The notes below the pieces were generated by a model. It was not told the origin of the DNA, did not search any database, and worked only from the letters and a program-made list of their open reading frames with translations. This document shows positions 37,855-47,954 of a stretch of 64,000 bases of DNA, piece after piece. Within the stretch, counting starts at the first letter, position 1. Each line of letters opens with the position of its first letter. The position numbers and the translations under genes are program-made. The DNA is from Candidatus Nomurabacteria bacterium (GTDB lineage: Bacteria; Patescibacteriota; Minisyncoccia; Phycocordibacterales; UBA9973): NCBI GenBank assembly GCA_026395915.1, contig JAPLXU010000011.1, positions 15,688 to 79,687 of the forward strand, in the 5' to 3' direction.

Positions 37855-38844
37855 ATGATAAACATCCCGAACTTCACTGACCGTTGCATAAAAGCGATCA
37901 GAGAAAAACAGACCGTGCTCATATGCGGTCTAGATCCTCAACTGCGGTTCATGCCACCTTGTCTTATAAAGGCGGCAGTGACAAGGTTTCAAAGGAGCTA
38001 TCGAGCTATCAGCGAGCTCTTCTTTTCATTCAACCGTCAAATCATCGATGCGGTGGAACCTTTCATCTTTGCTGTCAAACCTCAAATGGCCTTTTACGAA
38101 GCCTATGGCCACTGGGGAATGCATGCGTTTGAACGAACTGTTGCCTACGCACACAGCAAAGGTTTAATCGTCATCGAAGACGCAAAACGTGGCGACGGAG
38201 GCGACACAGCAGATGCCTACGCAAGCGGACACATTGGCAAGGTGGATTTCTTCGGAGAAGGAGACAACCTTTGTGCATTTACTCAGCAATTCTCGCCGGT
38301 TCACGTAGATTGCTTGACAGTCCAGCCAGGCATCGGCGAAGACTGCGTCGGCCGTTTTGTGAAAGCAGTCAAACAACACGGTACTGGAATTTTCGTCGTC
38401 ACCAAATCATCGTTCCGTCCTAACTCAAAAGTCGAGCAACTCGAAACAAAAGCGGGCAGAAAAGTATGGGAGGAAATCGCCAGCATGGTCAGCGAGTGGG
38501 GCCAAGATACTGAAGGCAAAGAAGGCTATCGTAACGTCGGAGTCGTGATGGGCGCAACCTTTCCAGGAGATGCACCAACGATGCGCAAAATCCTTCCAAG
38601 GGCATGGTTCCTCATCCCCGGCTACGGCGGGCAGGGAGGCACTGCAGACGAAGCCGTCGTCGGGATCAACGAAGATGGCTTCGGTGGTGGTGTCAATTCC
38701 TCACGGGCCCTTATTTACGCATTTCTTAAGGGTCAATTTGTCTCAGTGCCGGAGAACTTTGCAAATGCAGCTGAGAAAGCTGCGCGGTTCTCACGCAACG
38801 AGTTGAACGACGCTCTCAGACGGGCAAACAAGTTCAACTACTAA
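37855..38844 (+). CDS. pyrF: Orotidine 5'-phosphate decarboxylase, type 2
   Basis: 329 aa. Catalytic D-x-K-x-x-D (IEDAKRGD). Marked GC elevation (about 50%) across the gene. Confidence 0.75.
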   Translation: MINIPNFTDRCIKAIREKQTVLICGLDPQLRFMPPCLIKAAVTRFQRSYRAISELFFSFNRQIIDAVEPFIFAVKPQMAFYEAYGHWGMHAFERTVAYAHSKGLIVIEDAKRGDGGDTADAYASGHIGKVDFFGEGDNLCAFTQQFSPVHVDCLTVQPGIGEDCVGRFVKAVKQHGTGIFVVTKSSFRPNSKVEQLETKAGRKVWEEIASMVSEWGQDTEGKEGYRNVGVVMGATFPGDAPTMRKILPRAWFLIPGYGGQGGTADEAVVGINEDGFGGGVNSSRALIYAFLKGQFVSVPENFANAAEKAARFSRNELNDALRRANKFNY

Positions 38845-38934
38845 AGTTTCGACCAATATCAATCACCGGCCCCAGCAACTTCATTGTTGCGGGGCTGTAT
38901 TTTTTTTCCTTATATTTTATGATATTATCTAAAC

Positions 38935-41169
38935 ATGGATTCCAAACTGCCTGAGAAGCTACTTAAACCTTTTAACCCAAAAGAAACCGAAGAAAGAATA
39001 TACAAGCTATGGGAAGATAGCGGTTTTTTTGCGCCTGAAGTACACCCTACTTGGGTGGATGATTCTTCCTTAAACGAGAATTTTGGGAAACCTTTTACTT
39101 TGATAATGCCACCAACAAATGCCAACGGGTCTCTCCATGCTGGGCATGGCTTGGTCATGACTATCGAAGACATAATGGTGCGTTATAAGAGAATGCGAGG
39201 CTTCAAAACGCTTTGGCTCCCGGGATTGGATCATGCCGGTTTCGAGACGCAGGTGGTGTATGAAAAAAAACTGGAAAAAGAAGGACGAACGAGATTTGAA
39301 ATTGAACCCAAAAAACTGTATGAAGAAATTCTTGATTTCACTCTAACTAATTCAAAAAACATAAAATCTCAAGTTAGAAAAATGGGGGCGTCTTGCGATT
39401 GGTCTCGTGAGAAATTCACGTTGGATCCCGACATTGTGAAAATTGTTTATCAAACATTCAAAAAATTGTCCGACGACAATTTGGTGTACAGAGGAAACAG
39501 AATCGTGAGCTGGTGCTCGAAACATCAAACCTCTTTTTCTGATTTAGAAATACTAGACGAAGAACGAATAGATAATTTTTATTATTTGAAATATGGACCG
39601 TTTGTAATAGGCACTTCACGACCGGAAACAAAATTTGGCGACAAATACGTCGTGATGAATCCAAATGATGAAAGATATAAAGACTACAAAGATGGCCAAA
39701 AAATAAAGCTGGAATGGATAAATGGCCCGATAGAAGCCACTATCGTGAAGGACGAGGCAGTAGATATGGAATTTGGCACGGGCGTAATGACCATCACGCC
39801 TTGGCATGACACCGCGGACTTTGAAATCGCTGAAAGACACAAACTTGATAAAGAACAGATCATCGACGAGAATGGAAAATTGCTTCCTATCGCAGGAGAA
39901 TTTGCTGGACAGCATATCAAAAAAGCCAGAGCCTTGATCATAGAAAAACTGCAGAAAAAAGGTTTGGTGGAAAAAATTAATGAAAAATATAAACATGTCG
40001 TGAGGACATGTTACAAATGTGGGACAGTGATAGAACCGCAAATAAAAAATCAATGGTTTGTAAAAATGAAACCCTTAGCAGAGAAAGCTTTGGAAAAAAT
40101 AAATAACGGAGAAATAAAATACATCCCTGATCATTACAAAAAAGTTAGCATTCACTGGCTCTCGAATATTATGGATTGGAATATTTCCAGACAAATAGTC
40201 TGGGGCATACCGATACCGGCAAAAATTTGCGTAAAATGTGGAGCCGGCATGGTAGATCTAGATAATAAAATAAAAAAATGCGCTTCTTGTGGTGGTGAAG
40301 TCGCGCAAGACAAGGACACTTTTGATACTTGGTTCTCTTCCGGCCAATGGCCTTTTGCCACACTTGGCTATCCGGATGGAAAGGATTTTAAAACATTTTA
40401 TCCGACAGACGTCATGGAAACAGCCGGAGAAATTATATTTTTCTGGGTATCTAGAATGATAATGCTTGGCTTGTATGTTACCGGAGAAATTCCATTCAAA
40501 AATGTGTATCTGCATGGTTTGGTTTTAGACGCCAAGGGTCTCAAAATGAGCAAAAGCAAAGGAAACGTTATTGATCCGTTGATACTTACAGGAAAATATG
40601 GCACAGACGCATTTAGAATAGGTATGGTGATTGGCAACACTCCGGGCACTTCGCTGGCTCTTGCGGAAGAAAGGATCCGCGGTTATGGAAAATTTGCCAA
40701 CAAAATCTGGAATGCCACAAGATTCGTGCTTGATAATACAAAAGACTTCAACAATAGTAACACTGAAATAAAATATGATGAAGAAGATAAAAAATCAGAT
40801 GAAGAATTAAAAAAACTAGTAGAAGAAATAACAAAAGAGATGGACGAATATAAGTTCTACATCGTGGCGGAAAAAATCTACCATTATTTTTGGCATACTT
40901 TTGCGGACATCATTATTGAGCGATCAAAAAAGAAAATTCTAGAAAACAAAAATGCAGACTCGGCAAAAGCACTTGTTTATTCACAACTCGTCACCCTTCT
41001 CAAGGTTCTCCATCCTTTTATGCCTTTTGTTACGGAAGAAATTTGGCAAATATTATTACCCCGACGTAAAGTCGGGGAGCCGACTGAAATGTCGGCTTTA
41101 ATGGTTGAAAAATGGCCTGCCCGCAATGCTTCCAGCATAGCTGATGCAGGCGGGCCCGAATCCAAATGA
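38935..41169 (+). CDS. valS: Valine--tRNA ligase
   Basis: 744 aa. HAGHG (HIGH) and KMSKS present, CP1 editing domain, Zn-knuckle cysteines. No C-terminal coiled coil. Carries the PARNASSIADAGG element near its C-terminus. Confidence 0.95.
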   Translation: MDSKLPEKLLKPFNPKETEERIYKLWEDSGFFAPEVHPTWVDDSSLNENFGKPFTLIMPPTNANGSLHAGHGLVMTIEDIMVRYKRMRGFKTLWLPGLDHAGFETQVVYEKKLEKEGRTRFEIEPKKLYEEILDFTLTNSKNIKSQVRKMGASCDWSREKFTLDPDIVKIVYQTFKKLSDDNLVYRGNRIVSWCSKHQTSFSDLEILDEERIDNFYYLKYGPFVIGTSRPETKFGDKYVVMNPNDERYKDYKDGQKIKLEWINGPIEATIVKDEAVDMEFGTGVMTITPWHDTADFEIAERHKLDKEQIIDENGKLLPIAGEFAGQHIKKARALIIEKLQKKGLVEKINEKYKHVVRTCYKCGTVIEPQIKNQWFVKMKPLAEKALEKINNGEIKYIPDHYKKVSIHWLSNIMDWNISRQIVWGIPIPAKICVKCGAGMVDLDNKIKKCASCGGEVAQDKDTFDTWFSSGQWPFATLGYPDGKDFKTFYPTDVMETAGEIIFFWVSRMIMLGLYVTGEIPFKNVYLHGLVLDAKGLKMSKSKGNVIDPLILTGKYGTDAFRIGMVIGNTPGTSLALAEERIRGYGKFANKIWNATRFVLDNTKDFNNSNTEIKYDEEDKKSDEELKKLVEEITKEMDEYKFYIVAEKIYHYFWHTFADIIIERSKKKILENKNADSAKALVYSQLVTLLKVLHPFMPFVTEEIWQILLPRRKVGEPTEMSALMVEKWPARNASSIADAGGPESK
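41116..41153. repeat. In-frame palindromic element, copy 2 (in valS), identical 38/38 to copy 1
   Basis: cctgcccgcaatgcttccagcatagctgatgcaggcgg, encoding PARNASSIADAGG. Confidence 0.85.
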
Positions 41170-41849
41170 CAAATGACCCTAAAATTTTAGCTTTAGCTTT
41201 CCTTGGCGGAATAATTCCGTCTCTTCTGTGGCTTTGGTTTTGGATAAAAGAAGAAGAAAAAAAACCCGAACCGAAAGGAATTCTTACAATCATCTTTATA
41301 GTGGGTATGCTAGCTGTCGTTCTCGTTCTACCGATTGAAAGACTTATTCAAGCGAATATCAGCTCGAATGGTTGGCAACTCGTTCTCTGGGCATCTGCCG
41401 AAGAAATAATTAAATATCTAGCGGTTATAGCAATATTATATCGAACGAATTGCATAAAAGAGGCCGTAGACTGGCCAATATATCTAATCACTGTCGCTCT
41501 TGGTTTTGCTGCTTTTGAAAATACTTTATTTTTGATAAAACCTATAAGGGATGGCGAAACTATTGTAGGCTTACTCACAGGACAACTCAGATTTTTGGGA
41601 TCTACTCTCCTACACGCAGTTTCCAGTGGAATTGTCGGCGTTGCGCTCGGAATCTCAATGCACTTCCATGGATTAAAGAGAAAATGGTATATCCTTGCGG
41701 GTCTCCTCTTGGCCATTGCCTTGCATAGTGTTTTCAATTTCTTTATAATAAAGAGTAGTGGAAATGATTTTTTAAATGTGTTCGCTTTTTTATGGGTCGT
41801 GACTATTATCTTAATGTTACTTTTTGAAAAAGTGCGAAGAATAAATTGA
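41166..41849 (+). CDS. prsW: PrsW-family intramembrane metalloprotease
   Basis: 227 aa polytopic. EEIIKY, FAAFEN and HxxxS motifs typical of PrsW. Confidence 0.7.
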   Translation: MTNDPKILALAFLGGIIPSLLWLWFWIKEEEKKPEPKGILTIIFIVGMLAVVLVLPIERLIQANISSNGWQLVLWASAEEIIKYLAVIAILYRTNCIKEAVDWPIYLITVALGFAAFENTLFLIKPIRDGETIVGLLTGQLRFLGSTLLHAVSSGIVGVALGISMHFHGLKRKWYILAGLLLAIALHSVFNFFIIKSSGNDFLNVFAFLWVVTIILMLLFEKVRRIN

Positions 41850-41871
41850 TTATCAATTAAATTATAGAATT

Positions 41872-42360
41872 ATGAAAAACAAAAAAAGAAGTATTTGGGA
41901 AAGGTTAACTGGAAGCGTTAATATTGATGAAGAAGAAAATGAAGAATCAAGAAAAGATTCAATGGCTGGAAATAATGGTGGGAAGAAAGACAGAAAGCAA
42001 GATAATAATTGGATTGAAGAAGAAAATGAGGAAGCGGAATTAGCCGTTGATGTCTACCAGACCCCGACAGACATCATCGTGCAGACTATGGTTGCCGGAG
42101 TAAAGCCTGAAGACTTGGAGTTATCAATCGCTCGCGACATAGTTACCATTTCTGGTGTCCGTGAAGAACATAGAAATATTGACGAAGGAAATTATTTTAC
42201 CAAAGAACTTTACTGGGGAAAATTCTCCCGCACTCTTTCCCTCCCCCAAGAAGTGGAACCAGAAGAAGTTGAAGCGACAGAAAAACACGGACTTCTCACT
42301 ATACGCCTTCGAAAAGTAGACAAAGACAAAACCAATAACGTAAAAGTTAAATCTATTTAG
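41872..42360 (+). CDS. Hsp20/alpha-crystallin small heat shock protein
   Basis: 162 aa. ACD core (VDVYQT...ISG.REE......E...GKFSR...LP..V....V.A....GLL.I.L). Confidence 0.85.
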   Translation: MKNKKRSIWERLTGSVNIDEEENEESRKDSMAGNNGGKKDRKQDNNWIEEENEEAELAVDVYQTPTDIIVQTMVAGVKPEDLELSIARDIVTISGVREEHRNIDEGNYFTKELYWGKFSRTLSLPQEVEPEEVEATEKHGLLTIRLRKVDKDKTNNVKVKSI

Positions 42361-42375
42361 CGAGCGAGTTATTGT

Positions 42376-42451
42376 TGGTGCCGAGGGGCGGGCTCGAACC
42401 GCCGACATCTTCCTCTTCAGGGAAGCGCTACTACCACTGAGCTACCTCGGC
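42376..42451 (-). tRNA. tRNA-Phe (anticodon GAA)
   Basis: GCCGAGG/CCTCGGC acceptor, anticodon stem-loop CTTCC-CTGAAGA-GGAAG, T-arm GGCGG-TTCGAGC-CCGCC, CCA encoded. Confidence 0.8.
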
Positions 42452-42469
42452 ATATTTCTTTTTCAACTC

Positions 42470-42727
42470 TTATTTCTTGATATTTTGAAGCATTGTGCTC
42501 AGACTGCCAAGGTTGCTCTGAGCTTCATTATATATCTTCATTATTTGGTCAGTATACGGCTGAATATAATAATACGCGCCGAATGCGGAGCCGATAATGA
42601 TAATCCAATACAAAGCTCTCATGATGCTTGCCATGCGCATTGAACGCCTCATGGAATGCAACATCCCGTTGTTTTCCTCGGCGAGACTCAAACTCCTTCT
42701 TAAAAGCTCTTTTTCTTCTGGAGACAT
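42470..42727 (-). CDS. Hypothetical small membrane protein
   Basis: 85 aa with one TM segment. Confidence 0.35.
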   Translation of the reverse strand: MSPEEKELLRRSLSLAEENNGMLHSMRRSMRMASIMRALYWIIIIGSAFGAYYYIQPYTDQIMKIYNEAQSNLGSLSTMLQNIKK

Positions 42728-42790
42728 ATATAAATACTAGCAAAAATAGATAAAAAAATCAAAATTGCTACTTTCTAAACATGTAGATAG

Positions 42791-43504
42791 TTATTCTTCA
42801 ACGCATCTTTTGTGTATATCAAATACAATTACTTTTTTTGTATTAAGACAATATATCATATTATGAGCACTCACATCTTTAAATTCTACAAAAAGCTTTT
42901 TTATTATTTCGTTGCGAATTTTTCTAATCCTTTCATATTCATGATCAGCGATAAGAGAAATTTCAGTGTTTCCTGCTTTACTAGACGTTGTGGGCAAAAG
43001 TCTTTCAAGATATTTTTCTAACAATTCCCCTTCCTCCCATTTCGAAACAAAATATGTCGCGTCCTTTTTGTCTTGATATCCAAATTGAAAATCTACAACT
43101 TCAACATTATCTAAATCTTTCAATAATTCTTTCGCTCTTTGCATAGACGCAAACTCTGATACTCCACGACCTTGTTTAAAATATCCAGGAATACGTTTAA
43201 CAAAGAAGATCTCACCTCCAGCTTGAACTTTAAAATATGCATTTAGCGGTCCGGATTGTCCTTCTGACGAACCTGTCGAATCTATTGCAGTAATCTTATA
43301 GTCTTTTTCTTCAAATGTACCATTAACAAAAACTCCGTTTTCTTTCACTTTACTTTCTATCTCTTTCTCTATTTTTTTGAATGATAATATTAAATGAGGA
43401 TGAGTCGAAACAAACTTTTTAAAACTCTCAACATAAGCTAACTGCCTATGTGGTGTTTTTTTTAAAGTAAAATTTTCTTCTGAAGATTCTATGTTCATAA
43501 TCAT
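42791..43504 (-). CDS. Hypothetical protein with protein-kinase-like fold features (Kdo/WaaP/RIO-like)
   Basis: Start at internal MIMNIESS. FFVKRIPGY..G, HNMIY and IVFDI spacing resembles small kinase-like proteins. Confidence 0.4.
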   Translation of the reverse strand: MIMNIESSEENFTLKKTPHRQLAYVESFKKFVSTHPHLILSFKKIEKEIESKVKENGVFVNGTFEEKDYKITAIDSTGSSEGQSGPLNAYFKVQAGGEIFFVKRIPGYFKQGRGVSEFASMQRAKELLKDLDNVEVVDFQFGYQDKKDATYFVSKWEEGELLEKYLERLLPTTSSKAGNTEISLIADHEYERIRKIRNEIIKKLFVEFKDVSAHNMIYCLNTKKVIVFDIHKRCVEE

Positions 43505-43507
43505 CTG

Positions 43508-43579
43508 TGTCCTCGCCGGGAGTCGAACCTGGATCAGCTCGTTAGGAGTGAGCCGTTCTATCCATTGAACTACGAGGAC
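43508..43579 (-). tRNA. tRNA-Arg (anticodon CCT)
   Basis: GTCCTCG/CGAGGAC acceptor, D-arm GTTC-AATGGATA-GAAC, anticodon loop CTCCTAA, T-arm CCAGG-TTCGACT-CCCGG. CCA not encoded. Confidence 0.75.
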
Positions 43580-44208
43580 TTGCACATATCCTGCCTAATT
43601 AAATCTATCATACTCATGATTAATTTGAAATATCTTCCACCTTTCTTTATTCTTAGCCTACACATACCATATTCTAGCTTGCCCACCTTATTTCCTTTTA
43701 TCACATCAATTTTTTGTATAGTATTTCTGGGTAACGACAAGATATGCGTCCAAAATGAAATTGCTTTTTTCTTATCAATATTCTCAAACAGCCTAAGACT
43801 TATTTTTAATTCACTATTCTGCACGTTTAAACTTTTCAAACAAAAAATAACGACTTTTATCATAGAAGGATCGCTATTTATTAGATCAAAACTTGTTTTA
43901 TTGCCTTCTCCCCAATATAAACAAGAAAGTGTTATCATTTTTTCCTTAAAATCAAAACGTTTAATAATCTTAGAGGCTTTCTTTTGAGCTTCTTTCCAAT
44001 CTCTCTCAGACCTTGCCTTGCTTCCACCTCTCTTGATCTTCCAAATTTCTTGATACTCCGGCAAAATTGACACCCCTTGTATGTACTTCCAAATTGTTCC
44101 ATTGGATTTTCTTTTTGTAAGATTTTTTATTTCATACAAAGTATGCCCCGTCTTTCTTAGATTTCTGATTTTAGCTATTTCTTCTGGCGATAGACTTGGC
44201 TTAGGCAT
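43570..44208 (-). CDS. Hypothetical protein with N-terminal resolvase-type HTH, possible degenerate LAGLIDADG-like core
   Basis: 212 aa. EIAKIRNLRKTGHTLYEIKNLT is HTH-like. LYWGEGNKTSF is weakly LAGLIDADG-like. The stop overlaps the tRNA-Arg 5' end by about 10 nt. Confidence 0.4.
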   Translation of the reverse strand: MPKPSLSPEEIAKIRNLRKTGHTLYEIKNLTKRKSNGTIWKYIQGVSILPEYQEIWKIKRGGSKARSERDWKEAQKKASKIIKRFDFKEKMITLSCLYWGEGNKTSFDLINSDPSMIKVVIFCLKSLNVQNSELKISLRLFENIDKKKAISFWTHILSLPRNTIQKIDVIKGNKVGKLEYGMCRLRIKKGGRYFKLIMSMIDLIRQDMCKSS

Positions 44209-44262
44209 ATGTATATTGTACCATAAACCATAACTAGGAACAAAACACTTTATCTGAATAGA

Positions 44263-44496
44263 TTAAAGTCCAAGCATTTGAGCTATCTTTGGTTTATTGA
44301 AACCCACGGTAAGTTCGTCGCCAATAATGATTACCGGCACGCCCATTTGCCCGCTTTTTGCTACCATTTCTTTTCTCTTTTCAAGATCGCTCGCCACATT
44401 GTATTCTGTATAAAGCACGTTATTTTCTTTGAAAAAATCTTTTGCCATATGACAGAAATGACAAGTGGGAGTTGAATAAATTGTTACGTTTTTCAT
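44263..44496 (-). CDS. Glutaredoxin-like protein (NrdH/YruB type)
   Basis: 77 aa, CHFC redox motif, thioredoxin-fold spacing. Confidence 0.8.
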   Translation of the reverse strand: MKNVTIYSTPTCHFCHMAKDFFKENNVLYTEYNVASDLEKRKEMVAKSGQMGVPVIIIGDELTVGFNKPKIAQMLGL

Positions 44497-44580
44497 AATG
44501 TTTTTTTGATTAAATTAATAATGAGTTTGCATTATAGCATACTTGCGGCGAAGTCAAAATGACGGTAAGATCTTCTTACA

Positions 44581-44651
44581 AGCGAGTATGGTTTAGTGGT
44601 AGAATGAGTCCTTCCCAAGGATTAGACGGGGGTTCGATTCCCCCTACTCGC
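44581..44651 (+). tRNA. tRNA-Gly (anticodon CCC)
   Basis: GCGAGTA/TACTCGC acceptor, anticodon loop TTCCCAA, T-arm GGGGG-TTCGATT-CCCCC. Confidence 0.8.
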
Positions 44652-44671
44652 ACAAAAATATTTTAATTTTT

Positions 44672-47092
44672 CTATTTGCCAGCCAATGCCATAATTATCT
44701 TTATAACCGTATCGGGATTGAGAGACATGCTTTCTATTCCTTCTTCCACAAGAAACTTGGCAAATTCTGGATAATCAGACGGCGCTTGACCGCAAATGCC
44801 TATGTACTTCCCTTTTTCTTTGCACTTGTGAATGATTTGCGCGACAAGTTTTTTCACGGCAGGATTATTTTCATTCGCAATATGAGTGACTATTCCGGAG
44901 TCGCGATCAAGTCCGAGTGTAAGCTGAGTCAAGTCATTGGAACCGATGGACATGCCGTCAAAAATTTCAAGATACTCGTCAGCCAAAAGAATGTTCGAAG
45001 GAATCTCGCACATCACATAAATATGCAAATTCTTGTCATTCTCGCGATTCAAGCCATATTCTTTCATCACCTCTACCACTTGTTTGCCTTCCTCTGGCGT
45101 TCGACAAAACGGAATCATCGGAACCACGTTAGTCAGACCCATATCTCCTCGCACACGCTTCATGGCAACACATTCAAGACCGAAAGCATCTTTGAATTTT
45201 GGATCATAATAACGAGACGCTCCACGCCAGCCGATCATTGGATTTTCTTCGTGTGGTTCATACATGTCTCCGCCGAGCAAAGTGCGGTATTCGTTTGTCT
45301 TGAAATCTGAAAAACGAATGATAACTTTGTTTGGATAAAATGCCGCGCCTATTTTTGCAATTCCTAAAGCTAGATTGTCCACATAATATTGCGCTTTGTC
45401 GTCGTCCCTGTAGAGAGGCGTCAGTTCATCAATTTTCTTTAGGATTTTTTTCAGTTCCGGAGTTTTCTTTCCGGCTTTTAATTTTTTGTAATCAATCAGA
45501 ACATTTGGGTGAACACCGATATGTTCGGCAATAATAAATTCCAATCTGCCCAAACCGACTCCTTCCGTGGGAAGATTATAATTTTTGAAAGCTTCATCAG
45601 GTGAACCGATGTTCACCATTATTTTCGTCTCCACTTTAGGTATCTTATCCAAATGGTGTTCTATGATTTCAAAAGGAAGAATACCGTCATAAACGTTACC
45701 AACATTGCCAGAAGAACAATCTATAGTCACATCCCGCCCGTTTTTGAGCGCTTTTGTGGCGTTGCCGGAGCCGACAATACAAGGAATACCAAGCTCACGC
45801 GACACGATAGCAGCATGAGAAGTGCGTCCACCTTCATCCGTGACAATGGCGCTCGCGATTTTCATAATAGGCTCCCAATCTGGATCGGTGATTTCCGTCA
45901 CCAACACCTCGCCTTTTTTAAACGCGTTGATATTTTTTGCATTGTGCAAAACACGGACTTTCCCTGCTCCGATTTTTGATCCGACTGCAATACCCTTCAC
46001 GAGTTTATTGCTTGTACCTTTCAGTCGATATTCTTTCAGAACATTTTTGTCTTCTGCTGAAGCGACTGTCTCCGGACGAGCTTGAACAATGTATAACTCC
46101 CCTGTCTTTCCGTCTTTTGCCCATTCGATATCCATCGGCTCGTAATGTCCATTTCTCTTGGAGAAATATTTTTCTATCTGATAGCACCACTTTGCAAGCT
46201 TCAAAACTTCTTCGTCTGTAAGACTGAATTTCTGTTGATCTTTTAAGGCGACTTTTTCTTCTTTTGTGCCGTTTTTCGCGTAGACAAGTTTAATATTCTT
46301 CTTACCGAGATTTTTGGTAATTATGGGATACTTGCTACCGTTATCGAGTGTCGTTTTGAAAATTATAAATTCGTCGGGAATAACTTTGCCTTGCACGATA
46401 AATTCGCCCAGTCCATAAATGCCAGTTATCACGATCACTTTGTCAAAACCAGTTTCAGTATCAATCGTAAACGCCACTCCGGAGACAGCCAAGTCCGATC
46501 GCACCATGCATTGAATACCGACAGAAAGCGCGACGTCAAAATGCGAGAAACCTTTGTCTGCGCGATAAGAAATAGCTCGGTCAGTAAAAAGCGAAGCGAT
46601 ACATTTTTTTGTCGCCACCAATACGTTTTCTATGCCGTGAACATTCAGATAAGTCTCTTGTTGGCCAGCAAATGAAGCACCAGGTAGGTCTTCGGCTGTG
46701 GCAGAAGAACGGACAGCAACATCAGAATTTTCACCATATTTTTTCCCCAACTCCGCGTACTCTCTCGTAATTGCGTCCTGAAGATCTTGAGGCAGAGTTG
46801 ATTTTAATATCTCTTCGCGAACTTTTTTGCCACGAACTTGAAGATTGCGAATGTCTTTTGTGTTAAGGTCGACGAGAATTCCTTTTATTTTTTCGTCCAA
46901 ACCGGTATCTTTAAAAAAATGGCGATAAGCGTCTGCTGTCAGAGCAAAACCATCCGGCACTTTGACGCCAAGCGGTGTAAGATTGGAATACATTTCTCCG
47001 AGAGCGGCGTTTTTCCCGCCCACTGAAGAAACATCATCAATGCCAACATTGCTGAACCACTTTATAAATTTTTCTGTTTTTTCTTCTACCAT
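44672..47092 (-). CDS. ppsA: Phosphoenolpyruvate synthase (pyruvate, water dikinase)
   Basis: 806 aa. ATP-grasp N-terminus, phosphohistidine domain (GGRTSHAAIVSRELGIP), PEP-utilising C-terminus. Confidence 0.95.
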   Translation of the reverse strand: MVEEKTEKFIKWFSNVGIDDVSSVGGKNAALGEMYSNLTPLGVKVPDGFALTADAYRHFFKDTGLDEKIKGILVDLNTKDIRNLQVRGKKVREEILKSTLPQDLQDAITREYAELGKKYGENSDVAVRSSATAEDLPGASFAGQQETYLNVHGIENVLVATKKCIASLFTDRAISYRADKGFSHFDVALSVGIQCMVRSDLAVSGVAFTIDTETGFDKVIVITGIYGLGEFIVQGKVIPDEFIIFKTTLDNGSKYPIITKNLGKKNIKLVYAKNGTKEEKVALKDQQKFSLTDEEVLKLAKWCYQIEKYFSKRNGHYEPMDIEWAKDGKTGELYIVQARPETVASAEDKNVLKEYRLKGTSNKLVKGIAVGSKIGAGKVRVLHNAKNINAFKKGEVLVTEITDPDWEPIMKIASAIVTDEGGRTSHAAIVSRELGIPCIVGSGNATKALKNGRDVTIDCSSGNVGNVYDGILPFEIIEHHLDKIPKVETKIMVNIGSPDEAFKNYNLPTEGVGLGRLEFIIAEHIGVHPNVLIDYKKLKAGKKTPELKKILKKIDELTPLYRDDDKAQYYVDNLALGIAKIGAAFYPNKVIIRFSDFKTNEYRTLLGGDMYEPHEENPMIGWRGASRYYDPKFKDAFGLECVAMKRVRGDMGLTNVVPMIPFCRTPEEGKQVVEVMKEYGLNRENDKNLHIYVMCEIPSNILLADEYLEIFDGMSIGSNDLTQLTLGLDRDSGIVTHIANENNPAVKKLVAQIIHKCKEKGKYIGICGQAPSDYPEFAKFLVEEGIESMSLNPDTVIKIIMALAGK

Positions 47093-47160
47093 AAATAATT
47101 TGTTTTACATTAATAATAATTTGTTAAAATATGTAGATATTGTAGCATATTTTTATATTC

Positions 47161-47778
47161 TCAACCTAATTTAACTTCCTCTCCATCACCCATAAAAGTA
47201 TATTCACCATCTTCAACCAATATCCCTTGCCCGTCTCTCAGGATTTTAACTGGATATTCTATGATTTGCAATTTTTCTTTGTATTCTTTTTCTTGCTCAT
47301 CTTTATAATGACATTTTATTAAAAACGGTACAAAATTTAGACTTATTAATTTGTTTTCGGAAGTATTATCTGGAACATGTGAACTAAACCCAATTGTCGG
47401 TCCCATAATTGACGAACCAGCACTCGTGCCAATATACACCTTACCTTCACTAAGTAATTCATTAATAATTTTATCAAAACCAGTTTCTTTAATTGCTTTC
47501 AATAAATAAAAAGTATTACCACCCTCCATGTGAATAACATTTTTATCTTTAAAAAATTCTTTTAATTCTTTCTTTGTTTTATTTTCTATATCAATTTCTT
47601 CTAGATTATAACCGTCCTCTTCTATTTGTTTTTTGAAGATTTTTATATAATCTGTATTGGAAACACCTTTAGAAGCAGTAGTAACATAACCAATTTTCAT
47701 TTGGCCTTTTGGAATACCAGTTAAGTCATAACCGTATTTTAATAAAAAACTTAAATCTGAAGCAAGAATTAATTTCAT
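47161..47778 (-). CDS. Peptidase E-like (S51 family, class I glutamine amidotransferase-like)
   Basis: 205 aa. S51 core (IHMEGGNTFYL, GTSAGSSIMGP). Confidence 0.7.
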   Translation of the reverse strand: MKLILASDLSFLLKYGYDLTGIPKGQMKIGYVTTASKGVSNTDYIKIFKKQIEEDGYNLEEIDIENKTKKELKEFFKDKNVIHMEGGNTFYLLKAIKETGFDKIINELLSEGKVYIGTSAGSSIMGPTIGFSSHVPDNTSENKLISLNFVPFLIKCHYKDEQEKEYKEKLQIIEYPVKILRDGQGILVEDGEYTFMGDGEEVKLG

Positions 47779-47861
47779 ATGTTTACCATTATACTAGTAA
47801 TACAAAAGATATCCACCGTTTATATCTTGCGCAGACAACTCTTTTATGTTATATTCTCTGT

Positions 47862-47918
47862 ATGCCTGTGGGCGCAAGCCCCGTTCAGCTAAGGTATTCC
47901 TAAGCTGAAGCCAGGCAT
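47862..47918. ncRNA. Candidate structured RNA element (three-way junction with GNRA-capped hairpin), followed by an A-tract/hairpin/T-tract terminator at about 47921-47955
   Basis: ATGCCTG...CAGGCAT enclosing GGGC-gcaa-GCCC and CAGCTAAGG-tatt-CCTAAGCTG. Intergenic between two minus-strand genes. Confidence 0.3.
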
Positions 47919-47954
47919 AATAAAAAACACCTCGTATTTGAGGCGTTTTTTATT

